Origin: Clostridia bacterium
Lineage (GTDB): Bacteria > Bacillota > Clostridia > TANB77 > CAG-508
Direction of reading: 5' to 3'
Length of the DNA: 64,000 bases
Assembly: GCA_029258515.1 (NCBI GenBank)
Contig: JARHYK010000002.1
Location: forward strand, 19,476 to 83,475
Below, in pieces: positions 18,724 through 26,891 of the stretch. Both the position numbers and the translations under genes were made by a program. Below the pieces are notes generated by a model that was not told where the DNA came from, searched no databases, and saw only the letters and a list, made by a program, of their open reading frames with translations. Positions within the stretch are counted from its first letter, which is position 1, and every line of letters begins with the position of its first letter.

Positions 18724-19374
18724 ATGAAAGAACAAAAAAGTAAGATTGCTATTTTTATAGTTTCACTAATAATTTTAATAGGAATTATTATTATTGCAAC
18801 AGTTGGATTTAGAGTTAGTCTAAAATATCAAGAAAGTAAAAAAATAGAAGTGAATTTAGGTAAAAAATTTGAATTGGAAGATATAAAAAAAATAGCACAG
18901 AAAGAATTAGATAGTAAAGTGCTAATACAAAAGGTTGAAATATATGAAGATGCTGTGAGCATAATTTCAAAAGAAATAAATGAAGAACAAAAAAATGAAA
19001 TAATTAATAAAATAAATGAAAAGTATGAATTAAAAGTAGAAAAAGATAATATTAAAATTGAAGAAGTGCCACATGCACGTCTAGGAGATTTAGTTAGACC
19101 ATATGTTACACCAGTTATAGTAATGACAATAATTATATTAATATATATGATTTCAAGATATTATAAATTAAATTCAGGTGTAGTATTGGCAAAAACAATT
19201 TTAGCAGTAGGAATAGGTCAAGCTTTGTTATTTAGTATATTAGCAATAGTTAGAATAGAAATAGGAAAAATGACAGTACCAATAGCAATAATAGTATATA
19301 TATTATCATTGATATATTGTACTAAAATGTTTGAAGAAGAATTAGAAGAAATAAAAAAACTAGAAGAAAAATAA
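18724..19374 (+). CDS. secF: SecF-like membrane protein (short, divergent)
   Basis: 216 aa with an N-terminal TM helix, a ~100-aa periplasmic segment and 3-4 TM helices. Paired with the upstream secD-like gene. Confidence 0.4.
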   Translation: MKEQKSKIAIFIVSLIILIGIIIIATVGFRVSLKYQESKKIEVNLGKKFELEDIKKIAQKELDSKVLIQKVEIYEDAVSIISKEINEEQKNEIINKINEKYELKVEKDNIKIEEVPHARLGDLVRPYVTPVIVMTIIILIYMISRYYKLNSGVVLAKTILAVGIGQALLFSILAIVRIEIGKMTVPIAIIVYILSLIYCTKMFEEELEEIKKLEEK

Positions 19375-19399
19375 ACGAAATAGTAGTTGGGGGAAACTA

Positions 19400-21496
19400 A
19401 TGGGAAATATAGTATTATTAGATGATTTAACAATAAATAAAATAGCTGCTGGAGAGGTTATTGAAAGACCAGCATCAGTTATTAAAGAGATGGTAGAAAA
19501 CTCAATAGATGCAGGTGCAACTAATATAATAGTTGAAATTAGAAATGGTGGAATTTCATATATTAAAATTTCAGATAATGGTAAAGGAATATCCAAAGAT
19601 GATTTAGAAATAGCTTTTGAAAGGCATGCGACAAGTAAAATACGTTCAGCAGAAGATTTAGATACAGTAAAGTCAATGGGGTTTAGAGGTGAGGCTTTGG
19701 CAAGTATTGCTGCTATAGCAAATGTTGAATTGATTTCTAAAACAAGTGATCAAGATGTTGGATATAAGCTTGTTATAGAAGGTGGAGATATATTAGAAAA
19801 AGAAATAGCACCTTCTTCTCTAGGAACAACTATTACTGTTAGAAATTTATTTTTTAATACTCCTGTTAGATATAAATTTTTAAAGAAGGACTATACAGAA
19901 GCGGGGTATATCGAAGATGTTATTACTAAAATTGCTTTAGTTAATCCACAAATTGCATTTAAATTGATAAATACAGGCAAAACAATAATTCAAACAAGTG
20001 GGAATGGAGATTTGAAAGCAGTAATATATAGTATTTTTGGAAAAAATGTAGCTGAAGAAGTTATGCCTGTATTATATGAATATGAAGATATTAAGATAGA
20101 AGGTATGATAGGAACATCTAAAATAGCAAGATCTAATAGATCAAATCAAATATTTTTTGTTAATAAAAGACATATAAAAGATAAAACACTAATGTCAGCA
20201 ACAGAACAAGCATATAAAGGAATGATACCACTTGGAAAATTTGGATTTGTTATTTTAAATCTAACAATTGATCCATCAAAAGTAGATGTAAATGTTCACC
20301 CAGCCAAATTAGAAGTAAGATTTCAAGAAGAAAGTAAAATATTTCAAGGAGTGTTTCATGCTATAAAAGATACTTTATTGAAGACTGAAGATAAAGATGG
20401 TTTATTTGGATTAAGAAAAACAGACGAAAAGCAAATAGAGAATTATACAAATGAAGAAAGTAAAATTAAAACAAATGTCGTAGAAGATAAAAAAGAGGAA
20501 GTTAAAACTCTATATGAAAATACAGATAAAAAACAATCAATAAATACACTAGGGATATTAGAAAGATTAAAAAGATTAAAGGAAAAAGAAGAAAAACAAT
20601 TAAGTCAAGAGGAAAAAAATATAGAAGAAAAAAATCCACTTGAAGAGATAAAAAAAGAAAAAAATTTACTTGATGAAATAGAAGAAAAAGAAGAAATAGT
20701 TTTAAAAGAAAATAGATTAGAAGAAAATAAAGATCAAAAAGTCGAACAAGAAGAAAATGCACAATATGGAAATGCAATGAATTTTGATGAAATGTATGAA
20801 AAAATGTTTGGAAGAGCACCAGTAAAAAAAGAAAATGAAGAATACAAGAAGGAAACTAATGTAGTAGATATTATAAAAGAAAATGTTTCAGTATTTGAAG
20901 ATATTGAAGAATATAAAAAGCCAGTATATAAATTTATTGGAATAGTTTTTAATACATATATAGTAATAGAAATGAAAAACGAAATGTACATAATAGATCA
21001 GCATGCAGCACATGAAAGAGTTATGTATGAAAAAGTAAAAGAAAATTATTATAGTGATTCTTCAAAAGATTCACAATTGCTTTTATTACCAGATTTAATT
21101 ACATTGACACATAAAGAAATGGATATTGCCAAGGAAAATATGGAAATGTTTTCAAAAGCAGGATTTTGTTTGGAAGAATTTGGAGAAAATACTATAAAAT
21201 TGACAGGTGTTCCAACAATATGCATAGATATAGATAATAAAGAATTATTCTTAGAAACTTTGGATGAAATAAATACAGTAGCAAGAACTGCAAAACAAGA
21301 AAAAGAGGAAAAATTTATAGCTACAGTTGCTTGTAAAGCCGCAGTAAAAGCTAACATGATATTAACTGAAGAAGAGGTATCAAGTTTAATTGATAAACTA
21401 TTAGAATTGCCAAATCCATTTAGCTGCCCTCATGGTAGACCAACAGCTATTAAAATGTCAAAATACGATATAGAAAGAAAATTTGCTAGAAAATAA
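19400..21496 (+). CDS. mutL: DNA mismatch repair protein MutL
   Basis: GHKL ATPase N-terminus (AAGEVIERPASVIKEMVENSIDAGAT...), a long low-complexity K/E linker, and the C-terminal dimerisation domain. Confidence 0.9.
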   Translation: MGNIVLLDDLTINKIAAGEVIERPASVIKEMVENSIDAGATNIIVEIRNGGISYIKISDNGKGISKDDLEIAFERHATSKIRSAEDLDTVKSMGFRGEALASIAAIANVELISKTSDQDVGYKLVIEGGDILEKEIAPSSLGTTITVRNLFFNTPVRYKFLKKDYTEAGYIEDVITKIALVNPQIAFKLINTGKTIIQTSGNGDLKAVIYSIFGKNVAEEVMPVLYEYEDIKIEGMIGTSKIARSNRSNQIFFVNKRHIKDKTLMSATEQAYKGMIPLGKFGFVILNLTIDPSKVDVNVHPAKLEVRFQEESKIFQGVFHAIKDTLLKTEDKDGLFGLRKTDEKQIENYTNEESKIKTNVVEDKKEEVKTLYENTDKKQSINTLGILERLKRLKEKEEKQLSQEEKNIEEKNPLEEIKKEKNLLDEIEEKEEIVLKENRLEENKDQKVEQEENAQYGNAMNFDEMYEKMFGRAPVKKENEEYKKETNVVDIIKENVSVFEDIEEYKKPVYKFIGIVFNTYIVIEMKNEMYIIDQHAAHERVMYEKVKENYYSDSSKDSQLLLLPDLITLTHKEMDIAKENMEMFSKAGFCLEEFGENTIKLTGVPTICIDIDNKELFLETLDEINTVARTAKQEKEEKFIATVACKAAVKANMILTEEEVSSLIDKLLELPNPFSCPHGRPTAIKMSKYDIERKFARK

Positions 21497-21508
21497 AAGG
21501 AGGAATAT

Positions 21509-21937
21509 ATGCCTATTATAGTAATTACGATAATTATGATGTATATAATTTTAATTATTTGGTGTAATCATAATTTGGAAAATATGGAAACATATAAAAA
21601 AATAATTTTCATAGCTACTGGCATATTAGTTATATATGTTTTAACAAATATAACATTTAATATATCTAAAAATGGAATTGGATATCCAAATAATAATATG
21701 GTAGGAAATATTAAGAATATATTAGTTTGGGTATTTACTGGTGTAAATGCGATATTTATATTGCCGTATTTAAGTACAAAACTAAAAGCAGTATATCAAG
21801 AAGAGTTGAAAGTAGAGCAGTTTATAAAAAAAACAGTAATATTAATAATAGTTTTAGTTGTTTTATTAACTTTAGAATGTGGTTATATGAAAGATACTCA
21901 AAAAGTAATATTAGAAATATTCGAACATAAAAAATAA
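21509..21937 (+). CDS. hypothetical integral membrane protein
   Basis: 142 aa with 4 predicted TM helices. RBS AAGGAGG. No recognisable motif. Confidence 0.4.
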   Translation: MPIIVITIIMMYIILIIWCNHNLENMETYKKIIFIATGILVIYVLTNITFNISKNGIGYPNNNMVGNIKNILVWVFTGVNAIFILPYLSTKLKAVYQEELKVEQFIKKTVILIIVLVVLLTLECGYMKDTQKVILEIFEHKK

Positions 21938-21951
21938 TGGGTGGTGAAAAA

Positions 21952-22896
21952 ATGCAAAAAGAAAAAGTTATTGTTATATGTGGACCAACAGCATCTGGAA
22001 AGACAGCACTTTCAATCGAGTTGGCAAAGAAAATAAATGGAGAGATAGTATCTTGTGATTCTATGCAAATATATAAAGATATGGATATAGGGACTGCTAA
22101 ACCAACATTGGAGGAAATGGATGGTATTAAACATTATTTAATAGATTGTATTTCACCAACTAAAAGGTATAGTGTGGCAGAATATAAAAAAGAAGCCAAA
22201 AAGGCGATAAAAGAGATTGTACAAAAAGGAAAAATTCCGATTGTAGTTGGAGGAACAGGTCTATATGTTGATAGTTTAATATATGAAATTGAATATCCAG
22301 AAATAGAGTTTGATGCAGGATTTAGGCAGGAACTAGAAAAAGAAGTAGAAGAATTTGGGTTAGAAAAATTGTATGAAGAAGCTAAAAAAATAGACAATAT
22401 AGCAATAGAAAAGATTAGTAAAACAGATAAAAAAAGAATATTGAGAATATTGGAAATTTATCATGCAACAGGAAAAACTAAGACAGAACAAGAAATTGAA
22501 TCAAGAAAAAATGAACCAGAATTTGATTATTTAGTATATGGTATACTATGGGATAGAGAACTTCTTTATCAAAGAATTAACAAAAGAGTTGATTTAATGA
22601 TTGAAACTGGGTTAATAGAAGAAGTAAAAAAATTATTAGCAAAATATCAAGAATTTCCTACTGCAATGCAAGGACTAGGATATAAGGAAGTTGTAGAATA
22701 TTTGAAAGGTAATTTAACAAAAGAAGAAATGATAGAAAAAATAAAACAAGAAACAAGAAGATATGCTAAAAGACAAATGACGTGGTTTAGAAAAAATAAG
22801 CAGACAATTTGGTTAGATGCAAATGAAAGTAAACAAAATAATATAAATGTTATTTTGGAGGGAATAAATGGAAAAACAACAGTTGGAAATGAATAA
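21952..22896 (+). CDS. miaA: tRNA dimethylallyltransferase (start at the second ATG, MQKEKVIVICGPTASGKT)
   Basis: P-loop GPTASGKT and the conserved MiaA core. RBS GGTGGTGA lies upstream of 21952. Confidence 0.88.
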   Translation: MQKEKVIVICGPTASGKTALSIELAKKINGEIVSCDSMQIYKDMDIGTAKPTLEEMDGIKHYLIDCISPTKRYSVAEYKKEAKKAIKEIVQKGKIPIVVGGTGLYVDSLIYEIEYPEIEFDAGFRQELEKEVEEFGLEKLYEEAKKIDNIAIEKISKTDKKRILRILEIYHATGKTKTEQEIESRKNEPEFDYLVYGILWDRELLYQRINKRVDLMIETGLIEEVKKLLAKYQEFPTAMQGLGYKEVVEYLKGNLTKEEMIEKIKQETRRYAKRQMTWFRKNKQTIWLDANESKQNNINVILEGINGKTTVGNE

Positions 22897-24148
22897 TAAA
22901 GAACAAGCAAATAGAAATAGAAAGAGAGATAATAAAAAGATATTTATTTTTTTATTATTTATACTAATTTTAATTTATTTTATATATGTAATATTTTTGC
23001 TAATAAAAGATCCTACAGACATTTTTACAATAGAAGAAGGAAAACTTTATCAAGAAGAAACAAAAGTGGGATATATCATTAGAGATGAGGTTGTAGTCAA
23101 GGGGAATAATTACAAAAATGGAATGGAGCATATCAAAAATGAGGGAGAGAAAGCAACAAAAGATGGTAATATATTTAGGTATTATAGTAAAAATGAAGAA
23201 TCTTTAAAAAAGCAAATAGAAGAATTAGATAAAGAAATACAAGTTGCTATGAAAAATCAAAAAGATTTGTACTCTTCTGATGTTAAAATAATAGAAAATC
23301 AATTAGATGCAGAAATAGAAAAATTAAATCAATTAACTGATTTGTCTAAAATAGTTGAGTATGAGAAAAAAATAAATAATTTAGTTGCTAAAAAAGCAAA
23401 AATAGTAGGAGAAAAGAGTTCATCTGGTTCACATTTAAAACAATTAAATGATAAAAGGTTAAGTTTAGAAAAAGAATTAAATGAAGGCGCGGAAACTATT
23501 AAAGCACCTAAAAGTGGGATTGTATCATATAAAGTAGATGGATTAGAAGAAATATTGACACCTAATAATTTTTCTGCTCTTTCTAAACAATATTTGGATA
23601 ATTTAAATCTAAAGACAGGAAATTTAATTGCAACAAGTGATGAGTGTGGAAAGGTTATAAATAATTTTGAAGCATATATTGCAACTATATCAAATTCAAA
23701 TAATGCAAAAGAAGCAAAAGTAGGAGATAAGGTAAAAATTAGATTATTAAATAATATAGAAATAAATGCGGAAATTGTATATATATCACAAGAAAATGAA
23801 GATGAAACATTATTGGTATTAAAAACTAATAAAGAAATAGAAGAATTATTGAATTATAGAAAAGTATCATTTGATTTGATTTGGTGGAGTTATAGTGGGT
23901 TAAAAGTTCCGAATCAAGCAATAGCAGAAAAAGATGGTCTACACTATGTTGTTAGAAATAGAGCTGGATATTTAAGTAAAATATTAGTAGAAGTAAAAAA
24001 ACAAAATGACAGATATTCAATTATTACAAATTATACAACAGATGAATTGAAAGAATTAGGATTTTCAAGTAAAGAAATAACTGATATGAAGAATATAAAT
24101 ATATATGATGAAATTATATTAAAACCGGATTTGGAAAAAGTAAAATAA
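22868..24148 (+). CDS. HlyD-family membrane-fusion/periplasmic adaptor-like protein
   Basis: N-terminal TM anchor, long coiled-coil segments and a C-terminal beta-barrel-like region. No cognate transporter lies adjacent. Confidence 0.45.
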   Translation: MEKQQLEMNNKEQANRNRKRDNKKIFIFLLFILILIYFIYVIFLLIKDPTDIFTIEEGKLYQEETKVGYIIRDEVVVKGNNYKNGMEHIKNEGEKATKDGNIFRYYSKNEESLKKQIEELDKEIQVAMKNQKDLYSSDVKIIENQLDAEIEKLNQLTDLSKIVEYEKKINNLVAKKAKIVGEKSSSGSHLKQLNDKRLSLEKELNEGAETIKAPKSGIVSYKVDGLEEILTPNNFSALSKQYLDNLNLKTGNLIATSDECGKVINNFEAYIATISNSNNAKEAKVGDKVKIRLLNNIEINAEIVYISQENEDETLLVLKTNKEIEELLNYRKVSFDLIWWSYSGLKVPNQAIAEKDGLHYVVRNRAGYLSKILVEVKKQNDRYSIITNYTTDELKELGFSSKEITDMKNINIYDEIILKPDLEKVK

Positions 24149-24319
24149 AATAAAAATATTAAAAAGAAAATATGAATTGAAAAATAAATATTTATTTATA
24201 ATAAATATAAAGAGATTAAGCTAGTTGAAAATCTTATAAAAAGAGTTGAAAATTAAAAATTTCAGAGTAAATATATTGCTAAAAAAATGTGAAATAAAAA
24301 AGAAATACTACTTAAATAT

Positions 24320-24348
24320 TTGATATATTAATATTAGAATACTAAAAT
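24320..24348 (+). promoter_or_regulatory. Promoter-like element (TTGATA-17 nt-TAAAAT) for the candidate sRNA
   Basis: TTGATA at 24320-24325, a 17-nt spacer, then TAAAAT at 24343-24348. Confidence 0.3.
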
Positions 24349-24355
24349 ATTAACA

Positions 24356-24427
24356 TTTGGACCTAGGATTGGTAGCCAAATACTAAACGTATGTTAAGTA
24401 TGTTGCCACCTAGGCGTTTTTTTTTTT
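24356..24427 (+). ncRNA. Candidate ~70-nt small RNA: promoter-proximal transcript ending in a strong intrinsic terminator (CCTAGG-stem hairpin plus U11)
   Basis: ggaCCTAGGattggtagcc...gttgccaCCTAGGcg followed by 11 T (24417-24427). It lies about 210 nt downstream of the previous stop and about 140 nt upstream of sepF. Confidence 0.3.
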
Positions 24428-24497
24428 AAAATAAATATAGTAAATATTACAAAAATATTACAAAAATATTAAAATAATATTACATTTGCAAAAAGAC

Positions 24498-24526
24498 TTG
24501 ACATTTGGTAGAAAAAAGTAGATACT
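24498..24526 (+). promoter_or_regulatory. Possible sepF promoter (TTGACA-17 nt-GATACT; weak -10) preceded by AATATTACAAAA direct repeats
   Basis: TTGACA at 24498-24503. Upstream there are tandem AATATTACAAAA / ATATTAAAATAATATTACA repeats at 24440-24486. Confidence 0.3.
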
Positions 24527-24565
24527 TATAGCATATAATATCAAAAAATGATTAGGAGGTTTTTT

Positions 24566-25054
24566 ATGTCAGCGTTAATGAATAAAGTTTGGGACTTATT
24601 TGGGATGGATACTGCTGAACCAGAAGAATATGAGGAGGATAATTTATACGATTATCAAGATGAGCAAGAAGAAGATGTAGTAGAAGATAGAAGAATATTT
24701 GGAAGAAAAAACAATAATAACAATAAAGTAGTAAATATGCCACAACAAGCTGGACAAGCAATTAAGATGGTAATTTCTCAGCCAACTGCATTTGAGCAAT
24801 CAGATGAAATTTGTGCATTTCTAAAAGAAAGAAAATCAGTAATTGTAAATTTAGAATATGTAAATAAAGATGTTGCAAGAAGAATAGTGGACTTCATAAG
24901 TGGAGGAGTTTATGCTTTAGATGGATATATTCAAAAAGTATCAAATTCAATATTTTTAGTAGCACCATCAAATTATGAAATTACAAACGAGATGGCAAGA
25001 GAAGAAATGAAAAGTAAATTATCAGTATCTTGGCTAAAAAATAATAATATATAA
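24566..25054 (+). CDS. sepF: cell division protein SepF (start at MSALMNKVWDLFG)
   Basis: RBS AGGAGG lies 7 nt upstream. The conserved SepF C-domain is present (...VIVNLEYVNKDVARRIVDFISGGVYALDG...). Confidence 0.8.
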   Translation: MSALMNKVWDLFGMDTAEPEEYEEDNLYDYQDEQEEDVVEDRRIFGRKNNNNNKVVNMPQQAGQAIKMVISQPTAFEQSDEICAFLKERKSVIVNLEYVNKDVARRIVDFISGGVYALDGYIQKVSNSIFLVAPSNYEITNEMAREEMKSKLSVSWLKNNNI

Positions 25055-25077
25055 TTTTATCATATGAGGAGGATAAA

Positions 25078-25539
25078 ATGATTACACCATTAGATTTAGA
25101 AAATAAAAAATTTTCAAAGCAAATGATGAATGGATATAGTGTAGAAGAAGTTGACGATTTTTTAGATGAATTAACAATAGATTATGAAAAAAACTATAAA
25201 GAAGCTATTGAACTAAAATCTAAAGTAGATGAGTTAAATAGTAGTTTAACACAATATAAATCAATAGAGTCAACTTTGCAAAATACTTTAGTTATGGCAC
25301 AGTCAACAGCTGAAGAAGTGAAAAATGTGGCAAAACAAAAAGCAGATCAAATAGTTAAAGAAGCAAAAAATGGAGCGCAAAGACAAGTAGATGAACTAAA
25401 TAACCAAATAATAATGAAACAAAAAGAATTAGATGATATAAAAAAACAATTCGATATATATAAAGCAAAAATGGAAGCATTATTAATATCACAATTAGAA
25501 TTATTAAAAGATGTCAATAAAAATGAAGGTAATGTGTAA
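25078..25539 (+). CDS. divIVA: DivIVA-domain cell-division protein
   Basis: MITPLDLENKKFSKQMMNGYSVEEVDDFLDEL... is the canonical DivIVA N-terminus, followed by a coiled coil. RBS GGAGG. Confidence 0.8.
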   Translation: MITPLDLENKKFSKQMMNGYSVEEVDDFLDELTIDYEKNYKEAIELKSKVDELNSSLTQYKSIESTLQNTLVMAQSTAEEVKNVAKQKADQIVKEAKNGAQRQVDELNNQIIMKQKELDDIKKQFDIYKAKMEALLISQLELLKDVNKNEGNV

Positions 25540-25709
25540 TTTATAATTTAATGGAAAAAGATGAAAGTAGTCAAAATTTGAAGTTTTGACTACTTTTAAT
25601 ATATTTATAGCAAAAATATTACAAATATGTTAAGTTTTTGTTACAATTACGTTAATTATATTGACATTATAGAAAAAAAAGATAAAATAATATCATAGGG
25701 GAATTTAAC

Positions 25710-26267
25710 ATGAGAATAATAAGTGGAAAAGCAAGAGGTACAAAATTATATACTTTAGATGGGAATAATACAAGACCAACTTTAGATAGAGTAAAGGAAT
25801 CAATATTTAATATTATACAAAATGAAATATATGATAGTGTTTTTTTAGATTTATTTGCAGGGAGTGGAGCAATCGGGCTAGAGGCAGCAAGTAGAGGTGC
25901 AAGTAAAGTCATAATGTGTGAAAAATCTAGAGAGGCAGTAAATATAATTAAAAAAAATATTGAAAAAACTCATCTTAGCCAGAAAGTAAAATTGTATGAA
26001 TTAGATTATGAAAGATTTTTGTTAAACAGTTTAGAAGAAAAATTAGATATAATATATATTGATCCACCATATAAAACAGATTATGCAATAAGGACAATAA
26101 AGATATTAGTACAAAAACAATTGTTAAAACCTGAAACCTTAATAATTATAGAGACAGATATGGAAAGAGAAATAATTAATAATTTAGAAGAAATTAAAGA
26201 AATAGAAGTAAAAAATATTAAAAAATATGGAAGGGCTACATGTATATTCTTATATCAAAAAGCCTAA
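25710..26267 (+). CDS. rsmD: 16S rRNA (guanine966-N2)-methyltransferase RsmD
   Basis: RIISGKARGTKL...DLFAGSGAIGLEAASRGA...DPPY: the RsmD SAM-MTase motifs. Confidence 0.85.
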   Translation: MRIISGKARGTKLYTLDGNNTRPTLDRVKESIFNIIQNEIYDSVFLDLFAGSGAIGLEAASRGASKVIMCEKSREAVNIIKKNIEKTHLSQKVKLYELDYERFLLNSLEEKLDIIYIDPPYKTDYAIRTIKILVQKQLLKPETLIIIETDMEREIINNLEEIKEIEVKNIKKYGRATCIFLYQKA

Positions 26268-26285
26268 ATAGAAAGGGGTAAAACC

Positions 26286-26789
26286 ATGGAAATATTTACA
26301 TTATTAGATGAATTAGAGGATGTTTTAGAAAGAAGTAGAAATTTACCATTTTCAGCAAAAACAATTGTTGATAAGGATGAAATATTAGATTTGATAAAGG
26401 AAATTAGACTAAAATTACCAGATGAGTTAAAACAAGCGAAGTGGGTTAAAGAAGAAAGACAACGAATATTAGTTGAAGCTCAAAAAGAAGCTGATGGAAT
26501 TGTCAAAGAAGCAGAAAATAGAATAATTGCTATGATAGATGAGCATGAAATAACTAGAAAAGCATATGATCAAAAAGCACAAATTATTGAAACTGCTAAT
26601 GAGATGTCTAGAGAAATATCTAAAGGAACAAAAGAGTATGCTGATAATATATTAGATGGAGCAGAAAGTGTTGTAACAAATACTTTACAGAAATTAGAAA
26701 AAAATATGGAAGATGCTATAAATTTATTACAAATTTCTATGGAAGATACAATTAAGACAATCCAAAATAGTAGAAAGGAATTAAAATAA
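26286..26789 (+). CDS. hypothetical coiled-coil protein (ATP-synthase-b-like helical repeats)
   Basis: 167-aa acidic, predicted helical ORF with RBS-like GGGG. It sits where coaD usually follows rsmD. Confidence 0.4.
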   Translation: MEIFTLLDELEDVLERSRNLPFSAKTIVDKDEILDLIKEIRLKLPDELKQAKWVKEERQRILVEAQKEADGIVKEAENRIIAMIDEHEITRKAYDQKAQIIETANEMSREISKGTKEYADNILDGAESVVTNTLQKLEKNMEDAINLLQISMEDTIKTIQNSRKELK

Positions 26790-26820
26790 TATAGATAATA
26801 ATAGAAAAGTACGAAGGAAA

Positions 26821-26857
26821 GAGGAGATAAATATATATTTTAATCTCCTTTTCTATT
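26821..26857 (+). terminator. Hairpin (GAGGAGAT/ATCTCCTT) plus a T-rich tail after the coiled-coil gene
   Basis: An 8-bp stem with a 14-nt AT loop, followed by TTTCTATT. Confidence 0.4.
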
Positions 26858-26891
26858 GAAAGACATTTTTTATGAAAGGAAAGATACAAAT

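Noticed and set aside
21727-21930. 67-aa ORF nested in the 21509-21937 membrane-protein gene
   Set aside because: Alternate frame of a longer ORF. No RBS.
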